From Zootoca vivipara (taxonomy: Eukaryota), in assembly GCF_963506605.1 (NCBI RefSeq), contig NC_083277.1, positions 82,398,001 through 82,462,000 on the forward strand: DNA of 64,000 bases, written 5' to 3'. How positions within the stretch are numbered: the first letter of the stretch is position 1; each line of letters opens with the position of its first letter. Below are positions 26,412-39,443 of this stretch, piece after piece. Below the pieces are notes generated by a model that did no database searches, had not been told where the DNA came from, and worked only from the letters and a program-made list of their open reading frames with translations. The translations under genes were made by a program, and so were the position numbers.

Positions 26412-29400
26412 GTAAGTAGACATGTGGGGAGACATTGCTTTCCATTTAACTTTGCAAATGATGGACTGTTGAAATCTGCTCTTGCATTTTGGAAGAGGCT
26501 GTCGCTTTGATTTTGTGAGAATGAGAAGGAGCCTGCAACCACTGGCCAAATTAAACTTAGTTTTTGAGTGTCATAAACAAGAGAGGAACTGTGACATTCT
26601 CAGTCAGTGCTTTTCTTCTAGGAAAAAAATGTTGGTACTGTGTACCCTCGAGTACCCCAGAAAAAAGCTCTGCTCACAGTTGTGACCCCACTTCATTATT
26701 TTTTTACTAACTCTCTGAGGACTTCCCAATCCACATCCTCAGGTTATTCCTATGGTGAAGGTGGGTTCAGCGGACTTTCATGTCCAGAAGGGTTATTGTG
26801 GAGTGGGGAAGGAGGGAAGGATTTGTTTTCCAAGGATGGGAAATAGTGATGATGCTTGTGTTTAGTGAGCCTTAAAAGCTGATTTATATAACATATTTCC
26901 TATGGGATTTGTCTGCTGATACTGTAGCATAGCTTTTAGTTACAAATGACTACCCAGTAGTTTAGGCTGAAAAATATGGAGGGGAAAGCTGTGTTCGCTC
27001 ATTTAGTGAGTATGGTTTGAAGCAGAATGGCTTCTCGCGTGGGTGGGAGACCTGTAGTTTTCCAGCTTTCTGGATTGCAGCTCCCATCATTCTTGATGGG
27101 TGGCGTCATCCATGTTGGCTGGGGCTGATGAATGAGCCTGTCCCCTGGAAAAATGAGTGGTTCTGAAGACACACAGGGGTCTTTAGTTTTGAGGGGGGTT
27201 TTTCACAATCAAGTGGTATACAGTATAAATTTTATGAAATCTTTTTTTCTACTATATCTTGGCTACAGAATAACAAAAATCACACCTTTGACACCTCTCT
27301 CCCCTCCCACATATAGATGTGCAGTCCTTACGGAATTTGTACGGCTGCAGCTTTCATCAAAAGGGATTTCAAGTGAGTAGTAATGTTTTCCTCTATTCCA
27401 GACTCGGCCCAGAGGGGGAAATCGCTGATGTGTAAGAGGCATGCATAATTGTCTTTTCAGGAATGTTGATTAACCTTTCTCTCTCCTTGTTGTTTGTCCT
27501 GTAGTCTGGACATTGAGGTAATTACCTCTGTCCATTGGAGGCAGTTTTTCTCTCTCTTCAAAATAAAACGTTTGACTAGGGCACTTCCCCATTCTTTCTC
27601 CTGACTGTGTAGTAAACAGGTGCAGAAGAGGTGTTGATGCTCTGATCTCCCCTGCACTTGGCTTTATGCCAAGCACCCAAGGCACTTTACATTTTAAAAT
27701 ATTAAAACAAATAAATGTTATAAAATATAAAGTTGGCCAGGGGAGAGAGAGGGGAGAACAGTTTGGCTGGAGCAGACCCTGCTATTGACTTTGCCTGCTG
27801 TTTCCACTCTCTTCTTCCTTCTCCAGTTCTATGTTGTTCCTCTTGCTGTGAACAGCTGTGCTTTAAGCACCTGTTTAGGCAGGCTTGCATACTGTCAGCA
27901 GCTTTGTTGTGAACTAGCCATGCCCCATTTTGAAGCCTTGGGGATTGTTCGTAGAACTACAGAATGTAGATCTGGTTAACATATCACTCTTTAGCCAAGA
28001 TCCCACTCTGTACCATAAAAGAGCAATGAGCAACTGTGGTCTTCTTGCACAAATTGTGCTAAGAATATCTATGCGAGATAAATAGAAGGTAGAACACTTG
28101 ATTGACATGTTGTAGATCTCTTAGCACCCTGCTAACCTTTCTCCTGCTTCTGGGAAATGGGTGCTTAGGTTCTGGGAAAATATATGCAATCTCTCTATCC
28201 GTGCTGTTCAGCATAATGTTGAATGCCATATTACAGTTGTATGATGTGATTTCACGAATCTATGTAAGGAGAATGGCAGGCCCAGACTCCATGCCACTCT
28301 GTGTTATTTCCATCTGTTCCAGTTGCAGTTCCTGGAGAGGAGAATGTCTCAAAGGTGATTGTGGATCTCTCGAAAGGGGAAAAAGAGGATGACCTGGAGC
28401 AGACATCTGGTGGTGATGACCAGCAAGATAATGAGGAGCATAAAGCTGTGAAAGTGGGAGAAGTATGCCAGGTGCTGTGTCCCCGTGTGTATGTACACCT
28501 TGGGGGTTTGAGGGTCTTGCGACAGCACCTTATCTTATTGTAGTGTTGAATGTTCCCTTGTTCACCTTGACCCTCTTTTATTTTGCTTTGTCAAAATATA
28601 TTAATTTTTGTACTGGTTTTATTGTGCTTTGTTATATTTTATCTATTTGATATGTGTCCTGCCTTTCCTTCAAGGCTATCAAGATGGCATACAAGTTTCT
28701 CCTTTTATTCTCACAACAACCCTCTGGGGTAGATTAGGCTGGGAGATAGAGACTGGATTAAGGTCACCCAGCAAGATTCATGGCCGAGTGGGGGGTTTGA
28801 ACCTGGGTCCTACCAGTTTGAATCCGACATGGTAACTGCTACACCAGGCATCGGCAACTTTTTCCGGCCGTGGGCTGGATCATTGCCACTGACACTGGTC
28901 CGTGGGACGGACACGCTCCGGACTTGCGCAGAAGCGATTTCCAGCTTCTGGGCATGGGCACTGCAGCGCGGCACTGGAAATCGCTTCTGCGCATGCTTGG
29001 ACATGCACAGAAGCGATTTCCAGCTTCTGGGTATGGGCAGTGTGGCATCAGAAATTGCTTCTGTGCATACCTGGACAAAACACTGTTTTTGGCATCTGCG
29101 CGTGCGCAGCACCACTGTGAGTCCCGCACCACAATTTTCCGGTTTAGCGCAGCGCAGGGAATTGCCAAGCGGGCGGCTCGGTGACGGGCGGCTCGTGGGC
29201 CGGATAAACGGCTTCTGTGGGCTGCATCCGGCCCATGGGCCAGAGGTTGCTGATGCCTGTGCTACACTATGCTAGCTGTGTTACAGTTTGGACTGGAAGG
29301 TCTCTGTTTGGTGCAGAGGCCTGGCTTACAAGTGGTCATCAAATGCTCCACTGAACACTAACCACCTTGCATTATTCCCTCTCCCCCCCCCAACCCCAAT

Positions 29401-32295
29401 ATTGAGTGTGTTTTGGCACACATTCTCAAGAAATCCAAGACCTGGGGAACAGCTAGAGTTTGATACATGTTGAGGCATTCACAAAGCTGATCCAGTCTGC
29501 TGCAAAAGTCAATTTGTGTCTACTTCACCATGTACTTTGGTCACAAGATGATAAGGCATATGAGAAAAAAATTGTTCTACGTCTCCATCAGTTGCGGCAA
29601 GGGGATACCATTTGAAGTCAGCTGTTATGTTCATTTTTAGCAAGGCACTTGTGGAGCTCAGTTGCTTTGGGGGCCTCCCACCACCTCTCTTTTCTAGATA
29701 TTTCTTCCTGTCCCCCTGCAGGAGGGAGTCCGAGTGCTGGAGGCCTTGGCTGCTTCTGGATTGCGCTCCATCCGGTTTGCAAAGGAGGTTCCTGGCCTTC
29801 AGAGAGTGGTGGCTAATGACTTATCTGCCAAGGCTGTTGAGCTCATAACCAAAAACATCCAGCTCAATGATGTCGGACACCTGGTGACTCCAAGCTTGTC
29901 AGATGCCCGGTGCGTAAAGGTCTTCCATTTAGAACAGGGACAAGAAACCCATGACCCTCCGATTGTGGTTGGACTCCAGTTCCTATCAGCCTCAGCCAGC
30001 ACAGCCAATGGTTGGGGATCATGGGAGTTGTAATCCAGCAGCATCTGGGTGGCTACAGATTTCCCACCACTGATTCAGGGCCTGGGAGCTAGACTCCTTC
30101 TCCTCTTTCCATAGTAAGAACTAGGCCGCTGTTGTCTTTATGTTTCTTTTTGTGTGTGGAGTGTGGTGCTTCTAAACAGGTCTTTCTCCCACACTCACAG
30201 GATGCTGATGTACCAGAGCAAGGCAGAAAGAGACCTCTTTGATGTCATTGATCTGGACCCGTATGGCAGCCCTTCGATGTTTCTGGATGCTGCGGTTCAG
30301 AGCGTGAGTGACGGAGGTGAGCTGATAACTTCTTCCAGCTCCAATTTTGTGAGTGATGGTGAAAATCAGGGGGTTTGGACCACTCTTCTTCTGCAGTGGT
30401 TTTTGATTTAGGAGACACCAACCCATTTTTGTCTACTTGGCTTTTCTGTCAACCCTTATAAAGTTTTTTGGGGGATTTTTGAAACAAAATCTGCATATAA
30501 TTGTAAAATGTGAACCATAACCACACATTGACTCATGACGGAAAAGCTAGGACTTTGTCAGAGACATGCTTTTAGCATATTATATGGTAGTCTAGCTATG
30601 CACGTTCCTAAAGCTCTCTGAGGATTGGAAGACACCTGTAAAAGTGAAATTGTTCCTCCTGTGCAAGCTACAGAACTCTTTCTGTATTCTTTCCCTGCCT
30701 CATGAAACAGGAGAGCATTGTTCTTCGCTATGCACAGATAGAAACTGAAGCCAGCATATGTAATGGTTTGGCTATGGGCTTTGTGGCAGAGCTGCAGTCC
30801 AAATTGAGGTCATGGCGCCATATGCTTTGACTCTATAGTTGTTGCTTGATGCCCTTTTAGGTGTGTTTTGGGGAAAAGATTGTGTTGTACGGTATCTCCT
30901 GACCCTTCCCTTCCCTTTGGGGACACTTTTGCAGGCCTGCTGTGTGTCACATGCACCGACATGGCTGTAATGGCTGGGAACTCCGGGGAGACCTGCTACA
31001 GCAAATATGGGGCCATGTCTATCAAGGGCAAGTTCTGCCATGAAATGGTGAGTGGAATGAGCTGCCAGGAATCCCTGACTACAAGCCCATGTCCCATCGC
31101 TATGTCTGTCCAGCCTTTGGCCTGTCTATTGCCTTCCTCAAGAGGAAATGAATGCTTCCAAGTTGGCGGTTCTGCAAGATCAGGTGGTATCAACCGGCAG
31201 TGCCATGCAGGCATCCAGGACACTGCTGCAGTTCCACTCCCTCTTTCTCCCAGCTTGGCTGCCTGCTGTTGTGCTGGAGGACACACTCTCAAGGCCAACC
31301 TCAAGATAACAGAGCGACTCTTAAAATGATGAAACAAACTGTGACATTTCCCTGTATTCTTACGGGGCTGACACAGGAAGAGTTGAAGGTCCCATGTATC
31401 ACAGTAATGTTAACTGTCCAAAATCAAAACGCAACAATAGCTCTCACTGTAGTTTCCTCCTACCTTCCTTCAGGCTCTGCGGATTATCCTGCACAGCATT
31501 GATCTGCGGGCCAACTGCTACCAGCGCTACATTGTCCCACTCCTGTCGGTCAGTGCGGATTTCTACATTCGTGTTTTTGTCCGGGTCTTTACTGGGCAAG
31601 CCAAGGTTAAAGCTTCTGCCAGGTGAGCCACCCCCAAACTTGAGTTTCAGTCCTTGGGTAGTGCCCCATTTGTGCTTACAACCATTTTAGTGGCATCCAA
31701 CTGATATGTGTAGAGAGCCAGCGTGGTGTAGTGGTTAAGAGCGGTGGACTCGTAATCTGGGGAACCGGGTTCGCGTCTCCGCTCCTCCACATGCAGCTGC
31801 TGGGTGACCTTGGGCTAGTCACACTTCTCTGAAGTGTCTCAGCCCCACTCACCTCACAGAGTGTTTGTTGTGGGGGAGGAAGGGAAAGGAGATTGTTAGC
31901 CACTTTGAGACTCCTTAAGGGGAGCGAAAGGCGGNNNNNNNNNNNNNNNNNNNNNNNNNNNNNNNNNNNNNNNNNNNNNNNNNNNNNNNNNNNNNNNNNN
32001 NNNNNNNNNNNNNNNNNNNNNNNNNNNNNNNNNNNNNNNNNNNNNNNNNNNNNNNNNNNNNNNNNNNNNNNNNNNNNNNNNNNNNNNNNNNNNNNNNNNN
32101 NNNNNNNNNNNNNNNNNNNNNNNNNNNNNNNNNNNNNNNNNNNNNNNNNNNNNNNNNNNNNNNNNNNNNNNNNNNNNNNNNNNNNNNNNNNNNNNNNNNN
32201 NNNNNNGCAGGTCCTTTTGGACACAGAAGAAGGCAGAACAGGGGGCAGGGCAGGGAGTGTGGGAACTGAGTGGCACCACTGTGCAAAATGGTCAC

Positions 32296-32351
<56 letters not shown>

Positions 32352-35300
32352 CATGGTGCTCCCAGTTAGCTGGGGTAACAGGGAGCTTATCCACTGCAGC
32401 CAGTACTTATTGAGGCCCATCCCTGGGCTTTTCTTTCCCTGCCTCTTATTTGTACCCAAGCCTGCTACATGTTAATAATTCCTCTTTCTCTTGGCAGCAA
32501 ACAGGCCTTTGTTTATAACTGTGTGGGCTGTGGCTCCTTTCATTTCCAGAGACTTGGCAAAGTGGCTCACAATGGAAACAAGTAAGAGAGCTGGGGAAGA
32601 TGTTTTTTAATAGAACAATCCAACAGCATTTCCCCTCCTGCTTCTACCTAAGCCAGTCAGGTGGGCAGATTCTAGGAACACTTGCACTGCCAGATGTTCC
32701 TGTGCTGACCAAGGTGGGAAACTCATTTCCTGGGTGGCCCTCTTAATGAGGCATCCTCTTTTGGTGGGGGTTCATTGCAACATTTCCTTTATTCTCAGCT
32801 TTTGGCCTCAAATTTTAAAAACTAAAGTTTTGTGTGCAGTCATACACAATAGGTTTGTGGGAGTCAGAAGCAGGGGGACATGTGTTGTTTCTGTGAGGAA
32901 AGGAGGATGTGTTCAGCCGCAAGTTTCTATTAGAGTGGAAATCATGCTAACTCATTTTTGGATGCTTCCTATCGGTGTAATAGAACAATTGGCAAACAGG
33001 AAGGGATATTGGGGAAGTGATGATCAATGTTTGAACCCCTCTGTGCCTGCCTCTTCTGCCTGATGCCAGAGATAATGGACACAGTTCTGAGTTGCCAATC
33101 AAAGGAGGCATACTGACAGTCTGCCTGATGGATGCTTAAGTGATATTTGTTCCCTGTATCAGGAAGTCTTTAATGTTTTATTATGTTTTAATATGTGCTG
33201 GAAGCTGCCCAGAATAGCTGGGGAAACCCAGCCATATGGGTGGGGTATAAATAAAATAAAATCAATATTAATAATTAATAGAGACTTGGGCACCTAACAA
33301 GCAGTAGTTAATAAAAATAACAAAGGAACAGGGAAAGAAAAAGTATCGGCCCCTTCTACCCCAATGAGGCTCTTAAATACTGCTTTTGCTATCTGACCAA
33401 ACAACAGCTTCAACTACAAGGCTGCTTGTGGGCCTCCTGTGGGACCATCCTGTGAGTATTGTCAACAGCGCCACCAGGTGAGCCCAGCTGATCTCTACAC
33501 CTCATAATATGTTCCTGGCCAGAAGAGCTCAAGCTGACCCTTGCTTCTCTCCCCCCTCCTCCTCAAACCCCCCCCCCCCCACAGCTGGGTGGCCCTCTGT
33601 GGGCAGAGCCCCTGCACAATGCGGATTTTGTCCAGCGAGTCCTGTCAGCAGTCGGGAGCAACCCGTCACGCTTCCGAACAAGCCAGCGGATTCAGGGCGT
33701 CCTGAGCATGGTGATGGAGGTGAGGAAGACTGTGCAGAAGATGAAGGCGATTGCCATACAGGATCCCTTCCCCTTTCGACCACCCCCATGCAGCCTTTTG
33801 CCAAGGTGCAACAAAGGATGTTGCGTAGTGGACCACTGAGTTGCGCAAACTCCAGTGTGAATGAACAAATGAATACAGTATTGTGTGGCGATTGGTTTGA
33901 TATAGAAATTCAAAGGGAAGGGTATGTTTTGTGCTCGGCACCCTTTTCATACAGGGCAGTGGTTTTCAAACTTTGTTCCAGGGCACTTCGGGGTTCCTTG
34001 GAAGCCCATCTAGTGAGAAGATTAGCAATGGTAGACTGAAAAAAAAGAAGAGATAAGAAGGGAGGGATTGCCAAATAGGAGGGGAAAACAATGGTAGATA
34101 AGCAAGAACTTTTATACCGCAGTCGTTCTTCTTCTGCAGTCCACAGCCACAAGAGATTACCAGTCTCTGGCTTTGTTCTGGCAAATGCTCTCACCTGTGT
34201 TTAGCAAGGGGAGTCCCTGCAAAAAAGTTCGCTCTAGAGCAGGGGTGGGGAACCTGTGGTCCTGCGAAGGTTGTTGGAAAGTCCAACTCCCACTGCGTCT
34301 CGTGGTGGCTGGAGCAGCAGCACCTAGAGGGCTGCAGGTTCTGCATCTCTGCCGTAGAGCAGGCCTCTGCAGGGAGAAGAATCACCCAGTGTACTCTGGT
34401 CTATGGACAATCTAGAAATGGGGTGGAGAAATAAACAAAGATTAAAAAGCCACCTCTGCAAGATCTTTGTTTGAAATACTCTATACAAGATAAACTGGTG
34501 CTGTCGTCTTTATGGCAACAGTGGGGCAAACAACCTGCTTTAACTAGTATTGGTTTCTCTCTTTGCGGTAGGAGCTCAGTGATGTCCCTCTCTACTACAC
34601 TCTTGACAATCTCAGCAAAACCGTCCGTTGCAGCAGCCCTTCCCTGCTACAGTTCAGGTAAGATTGGGGTTTGTGCTGCAAGAACCTAGCCTAAAGTGGG
34701 GGATAACATACAGAGAGGGTTTGTAGTTGGTGTGGGTTGGAGTGGGCAGGGGCATCATTTAGTTAGTGGTAGAGTCAGGCTCTTAAATCCTTTATAGAGC
34801 TACACTGGAGCATTGTGCCTTCCTTTGTTTTCTGACTTCCCTACTCAGCAATTTTGTCTGGCTGAAGCCTTAAGGGTCCTGCCGTGGGACTCTTGTGTTT
34901 ACTTGTAGCGGGGGGGGGGGGGAAGGGGCTGATCCATAGCTTTCAAGGTGTTGCTGGACTGCAGCTCCCACCACCCTTGGGAATTAGAGTCTGAAACAAA
35001 ACTGGAGAGCCACAGGGTCCTCAATCCTGTCCTATAGAGGACTTTGTGACTCTCTGGGTCTCTTTAGTTCAGACCTGAGTAGGCCGGTTGTGTTAGGCTA
35101 GGTTGCTGCTGGAACTTTGCTCTGTTTTGCAGGAAGCCACAGGTCCTGTTGCCCAAAGTGATAGTCTGTCGAAAAGTCCCCTTTTTTCTTTTTATAATAA
35201 ATTTTATTCAATTTTAAACACTTAAGCACGTTAACTTAAAATTCAATATATATTTCTCTTAAAAAATAAACAAGGTGACTTCCCACCCTTACCTCTGTGG

Positions 35301-38300
35301 TGTGTTTATTCCTCCCCATATTCTGCTGCATTAAATGTTAAACTATCTTTCATCTATTACAATTATTGTCATTTTCCACCCACTGCTCCTAATTCAAATC
35401 CTGCTTGCGATCTCATTTGGCTATAGTTCTTTCTCAAATATTCCAAAAAGGATTTCCATTCTTCAGTAAAAAGCTCATCACTTTGGTCTCTCACTCTTGC
35501 TGTCAGTTTTGACAATTCTGCATTGTCCATTAGTTTTGCACTTTTTCTTCCTTCCAATTCTGCACACATAGGATTCTGGCAGCTGTTGTTCCATACATAG
35601 TTTTATAATATTCTTTGGGACAGTTGTCCCCCATATCCCTAGGAAAAAAGCCTCAGTTTTTTTTTTTTTGGAATTACCAATTTTAACATCATTTTCATTT
35701 CATTATATATCATTTCCTAAAATCCCTTAGTTTGTTCACATGTCTACCACATATGAAAACTTTCCCTTTTCTAAGCAGGATGGATTGCTCACGCTATAAG
35801 TTTTCTGGATCCAAGACACAGTTGCTTCTAGGTTGGGGTCTGGCAGTTTGAGGGTGGTCATCTTCAAATTTTTGCATTGTTTGGAAAGAATGACACTTCA
35901 CAGAGTAGTTGGGAAGAACAAGTTGACAGACTATAGTGCTCCGACATCAACAAGCAACAAATGTTTAGGGATGTCCAATGAAATGGTCTGGATCTGACCA
36001 AAATTGGAATCCAGTGTTCTAATAATGAGGGTACGGTAACAAGCGATGTTGGCTACAGTTTGAAATACAGAATTGACTCAAACAGTGAGAAACCCTCCAC
36101 TGTTTCTACCAAAGTTCTTCCCCTTTGGAAATTAGGGATTTCTCTGAAAATCTTCCCTGGATTTCCTTTCCAGGTCAGCTCTCCTCCATGCTGGTTACCG
36201 GGTGTCGTTGTCCCATGCCTGCAAAAACGCCATCAAGACAGATGCCCCACCATCTGTGCTTTGGGACATCATGCGCTGCTGGGTGAGCAAAGTCTTAACC
36301 TCTGCATAAAGGAGCTTTTCTTTCTGGATCTTTTACTGTAGGCACCTCCAGACCAGCTATTTGTTCCCCGTTCTCAGGCTCCGGCCTATGGCACTATTGC
36401 TTTTTGTCTGCAACGATGGGGCATGCTCTGGCCACCTTGTACCACTGGCCACTGTTTCTGCATGTATATTTTGCTCTTTGGGTCTGGTCTGATAAAGAGC
36501 GATTAAAACACAGTCCTGAGATGTTTGTAAAGGACAGATTCCTAGCCATCTTTTACCGGAAGTTTGTTTCTTCATTTGCTTTCCCCTCTTGAGATTAAAC
36601 CCACTTCTTTTTCTATTCCTCCTGCCTATCCCCCCAACTTTAGGAGAAACTCAATCCTGTGAAAAGAGAGCGCCTTTCCGAGAGCAGCCCAGCTGCCCAC
36701 ATCCTCTCTGTAGAACCCAAGTAGGTATTGAGGGGTGTACTGCAAGACTGGGTGTTGGATGGGCAAATATGGACCTTGGGCCAAGTAAGAAATGGCTCAC
36801 TGGCAGGAAACTGGAAATCAGGAGGGGATACATCTATAGGCTGCTGCTGTGGGGCAGAGGTGGGAGGAACAAACAGCTACAGGTTAAGATAAAGATAGCA
36901 AAATAAGCTCTAGGTGTGTGTGTGTGTGTGTGTCTGTGTGTTCAAATGCTCAAGAGTGTTTCATCTAGATGTTGTCCCATTCTGACTAAGAGAAGGTAGT
37001 GATCTCACTTTGTGAAAGGGGTTTGGTTCCAGGTAGGAACTGTCTGCCTTCCTTCCTTGCTGACACTCTAAACTCCACAGGCTGCAGGCATCCTTCACTG
37101 TCCGGGCAGATGCTAATCCTAGCTCACGAAAGCAAGGCCTCAAACGGTTCCAGCTGAATCCCGAGCCTTTTTGGGGTCCAAAAGCAAGAGCCAAAGCTGG
37201 GTAAGATTTAACAGGGAACCAGGGTGTGCTTGGAGCAAGTTAGGATACAGTTTATGTAACCTGGGATGGGGAAATAAAAGGTCCTGGGGTGGGGCATTAG
37301 AACAAAGTCAGGCCAGGACTCATCCCTGTTGGTTAAAAATGGTACCAGAATGTATTACTTTTAAGGATGTCATGGAAAAGCTGACAAGGAGAACTATGCC
37401 CAGGTTTCTGTCCTGACTCTCCTGGCTAGGGCAGTAGTGACAGGGACACCGAAACAAAAGCACCAGCCTCCTTGGCTCTGCTCTGACACATCTGCTGGGG
37501 GCAGGGGTGGGATCTCTTCCTCCTTGCAGGAAAAGAGAAAGCTACACCAGAACAAGAGGAAAGAATGTGCAGAACAGAGTGACGGGGCCCACCTGAAGAA
37601 CTTTCCCTGCAAACGGTTCCGGCAAGTGAGTAGCCACAGCTCCTGTGCTGTTTGCTTAGAACTGAGATGTTGGGTTGGTGTGTGAAAGAAACTGGGTAGC
37701 CTTTTGGGGGAATCTGAGTGTTAATGACAGCAGGGAATAGCTGTGCTTAAAAGAGCAGGGGAGGAGGGACATGGTTCTCTGCTCTCTGCCCTGTTCCATA
37801 TCTCTTTTACTTTTTTACTGTCTAAGCACATGGCCTGTGCAGCTTAAGTTCTTTAAGCTTCACTCGTGGCAAATGGAGGAAATGGTACCTGTGTAACTGA
37901 TTTTTATCTCTTAGTACGAGTAAAAGAAGCTTGAATAGAATTGGGAGCGGGAAAGGGTTAAGCACACCCCTCTTCTCTGGGTTCTGGTTTTATTCTACTG
38001 GAGTTGCATGTGGTTTGCCTCTCTGCCATGTGGAAGGCATTGTTGTATGAGCGCTCTTGTCAGCTGCCATTATTAGTTGTAGCTGCTGACAACCAGAGGT
38101 CATTATGCACAACCTGTATCGATTGGTCTCGTTTAGGGGAGTCAGCTGTAGAATACAGTTCTCAGTAATCATTTTAAGCCCTGCTACAATTGCCCTGTCC
38201 CTAAACTCCCATCGTTCAGCCCAGACACTGAGGTCCAGTACCGAGGGCCTTCTGGCGGTTTCCTTCGCTGCGAGAAGTGAGGTTACAGGGAACCAGGCAG

Positions 38301-39122
38301 AGGGCCTTCTCGGTAGTGGCGCTGCCCTGTGGAACGCCCTCCCAGCAGATGTCAAGGCAATAAAGAAGCAACTATTTTACTTTTAAAAGACAACTGAAGG
38401 CGGCCCTGTTTAGGGAAGTTTTTAATGTTTGATGCTGTACAGTATTGTTTTTAATATTCGGTTGGAAGCTGCCCAGAGTGGCTGGGGAAACCCAGCCAGC
38501 TGGGCGGGGTATAAATAGTAAATTATTATTGTTGTTGTTGTTTGGTATGAGGATGTCCAATGAAAAGCAATTTTTTTAAATAAAAAAGATAGTTTTTAAC
38601 CAGGCTTGCATAACTTGTGACCCACCAACCCACACACAGCTTACCTGGTGCTTCACAGCTGCTCTGTTTTTACAGACCTAGGCAGGCAGCAAAATCAGGA
38701 GGTTCCTTAAAGTCCTGCTGGGTTACCCTGTTTGGCTGGCTGGGTCACTAGTTGTATGCAAGTCTGTTTTAATTTCACCTGTAACATTTAAAACTGTTGC
38801 AGATGGCAAGGGGGCTGTTTAGAGGAACCTTGAAAATTTGGTATGTTTGGCTTTTCTACAGAACAGAATGGTGAAGGCAACTAGAGGTGTAGCAATGGGT
38901 TCTGTTCCCAGATCAGCTACAGCCTCCTTAGGCCAAGCAGCCAAGTTCTCTTGCCCAAGGGCCAGCTGCTTCAGCCACAGGACTGCATGCAAGGACTTGA
39001 ATGGTTTAGTGATGTTGCGTGTTGCTTCTCCCTTACAGGGCAACTGTTCACTGGGGGACAAGTGCTGCTACTCCCATGAGACAGAAGGAAAGACAGCAGA
39101 AAACAACTCGGCACCATCTTGA
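26059..39122 (+). CDS. TRMT1: TRMT1, tRNA (guanine(26)-N2)-dimethyltransferase, complete multi-exon CDS
   Basis: 16 GT-AG exons with consistent phase. Motifs [45 protein letters not shown], and a C-terminal CCCH finger [19 protein letters not shown]. Confidence 0.97.
27317..27372 (+). CDS. TRMT1: TRMT1 coding exon 2
   Basis: [18 protein letters not shown]; tag|...|gtgagt. Confidence 0.92.
28323..28471 (+). CDS. TRMT1: TRMT1 coding exon 3
   Basis: [17 protein letters not shown]...VKVGEVCQ; phase fits neighbours. Confidence 0.88.
28845..29259. mobile_element. CpG-rich hAT-type non-autonomous element with internal repeats
   Basis: TIR CAGGCATCGGCAAC...GTTGCTGATGCCTG; 8-bp TSD TGCTACAC; internal gcagaagcgatttccagcttctggg repeats. 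Confidence 0.82.
29722..29909 (+). CDS. TRMT1: TRMT1 coding exon 4
   Basis: [26 protein letters not shown]...SDAR. Confidence 0.95.
30201..30316 (+). CDS. TRMT1: TRMT1 coding exon 5
   Basis: MLMYQ...[26 protein letters not shown]. Confidence 0.95.
30935..31047 (+). CDS. TRMT1: TRMT1 coding exon 6
   Basis: [28 protein letters not shown]...CHEM. Confidence 0.95.
31474..31622 (+). CDS. TRMT1: TRMT1 coding exon 7
   Basis: [39 protein letters not shown]... Confidence 0.95.
31713..31934 (+). mobile_element. tRNA-derived SINE (Squam3-like), cut by the assembly gap
   Basis: gagagccagcgtggtgtagtggttaagagc...ggttcgcgtctcc; near-identical to the reverse complement of 58848-59109. Confidence 0.75.
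31935..32206. other. Assembly gap (N run) in a TRMT1 intron
   Basis: Run of n characters. Confidence 0.99.
32298..32348. repeat. (GT)n microsatellite
   Basis: About 25 GT units. Confidence 0.95.
32498..32581 (+). CDS. TRMT1: TRMT1 coding exon 8
   Basis: [21 protein letters not shown]. Confidence 0.93.
33408..33477 (+). CDS. TRMT1: TRMT1 coding exon 9
   Basis: [23 protein letters not shown]. Confidence 0.92.
33585..33719 (+). CDS. TRMT1: TRMT1 coding exon 10
   Basis: [20 protein letters not shown]...[11 protein letters not shown]. Confidence 0.95.
34572..34657 (+). CDS. TRMT1: TRMT1 coding exon 11
   Basis: [28 protein letters not shown]. Confidence 0.95.
35190..35760 (-). mobile_element. 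Probable L1/Tx1-type LINE 3' fragment (related piece at ~59200-59400, plus strand)
   Basis: [11 protein letters not shown]...[12 protein letters not shown]-like ORF2 C-terminus; minus-strand AATAAA and A-rich tail. Confidence 0.5.
36174..36282 (+). CDS. TRMT1: TRMT1 coding exon 12
   Basis: [36 protein letters not shown]. Confidence 0.95.
36644..36720 (+). CDS. TRMT1: TRMT1 coding exon 13
   Basis: [25 protein letters not shown]. Confidence 0.94.
37081..37200 (+). CDS. TRMT1: TRMT1 coding exon 14
   Basis: [39 protein letters not shown]. Confidence 0.95.
37505..37625 (+). CDS. TRMT1: TRMT1 coding exon 15
   Basis: [20 protein letters not shown]...[11 protein letters not shown]; the in-frame acceptor is purine-rich (gggggcag|). 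Confidence 0.85.
38194..38540 (+). mobile_element. L2-type LINE 3' end
   Basis: ctgtggaacgccctccc...aagctgcccagagtggctggggaaacccagcc...ggggtataaat + (ATT/GTT)n; same tail at 33163-33260. Confidence 0.7.
39039..39122 (+). CDS. TRMT1: TRMT1 last coding exon
   Basis: [14 protein letters not shown]...PS*; ATTAAA at 39224-39229. Confidence 0.92.
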   Translation, partial: GNCSLGDKCCYSHETEGKTAENNSAPS

Positions 39123-39443
39123 TGAGAAACAGTCTTTGGTATCTGCTCCCTTTTGTTTTATATATTTGTGCTAAATGGAGAGCCTTTATTTTCAAATGAC
39201 TGTCCATTTATGATGTGCCTGCCATTAAACAATGGTGTTAGCTTTTGGATGGTTCTTGGTTTGCTAGATGTCTTCTACCTGATCACGTTCAAACTGCTCT
39301 CTAGTAGATCAGGGAAGAGATGACCCTGTTACATCCCCAAAATGATATTTTAAGATCATCCTCGTGCACTGCTTCACTGTTGATGTCTTTCCATTCTAAA
39401 TAGTGGAAGGTCAAGTCTGAGAATCTAGTGAATAGTAGCAGTA

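Noticed and set aside
28810-29275. Cluster of 100-148-aa ORFs in a TRMT1 intron
   Set aside because: They lie within a GC-rich hAT MITE with internal repeats and show no transposase motifs.
31713-31790. tRNA-like sequence (also at 59030-59109)
   Set aside because: It is a SINE head continuing into a shared body and tail, not a tRNA gene.
31676-32394. ORFs with long X runs
   Set aside because: Artefacts of the N gap and the (GT)n repeat.
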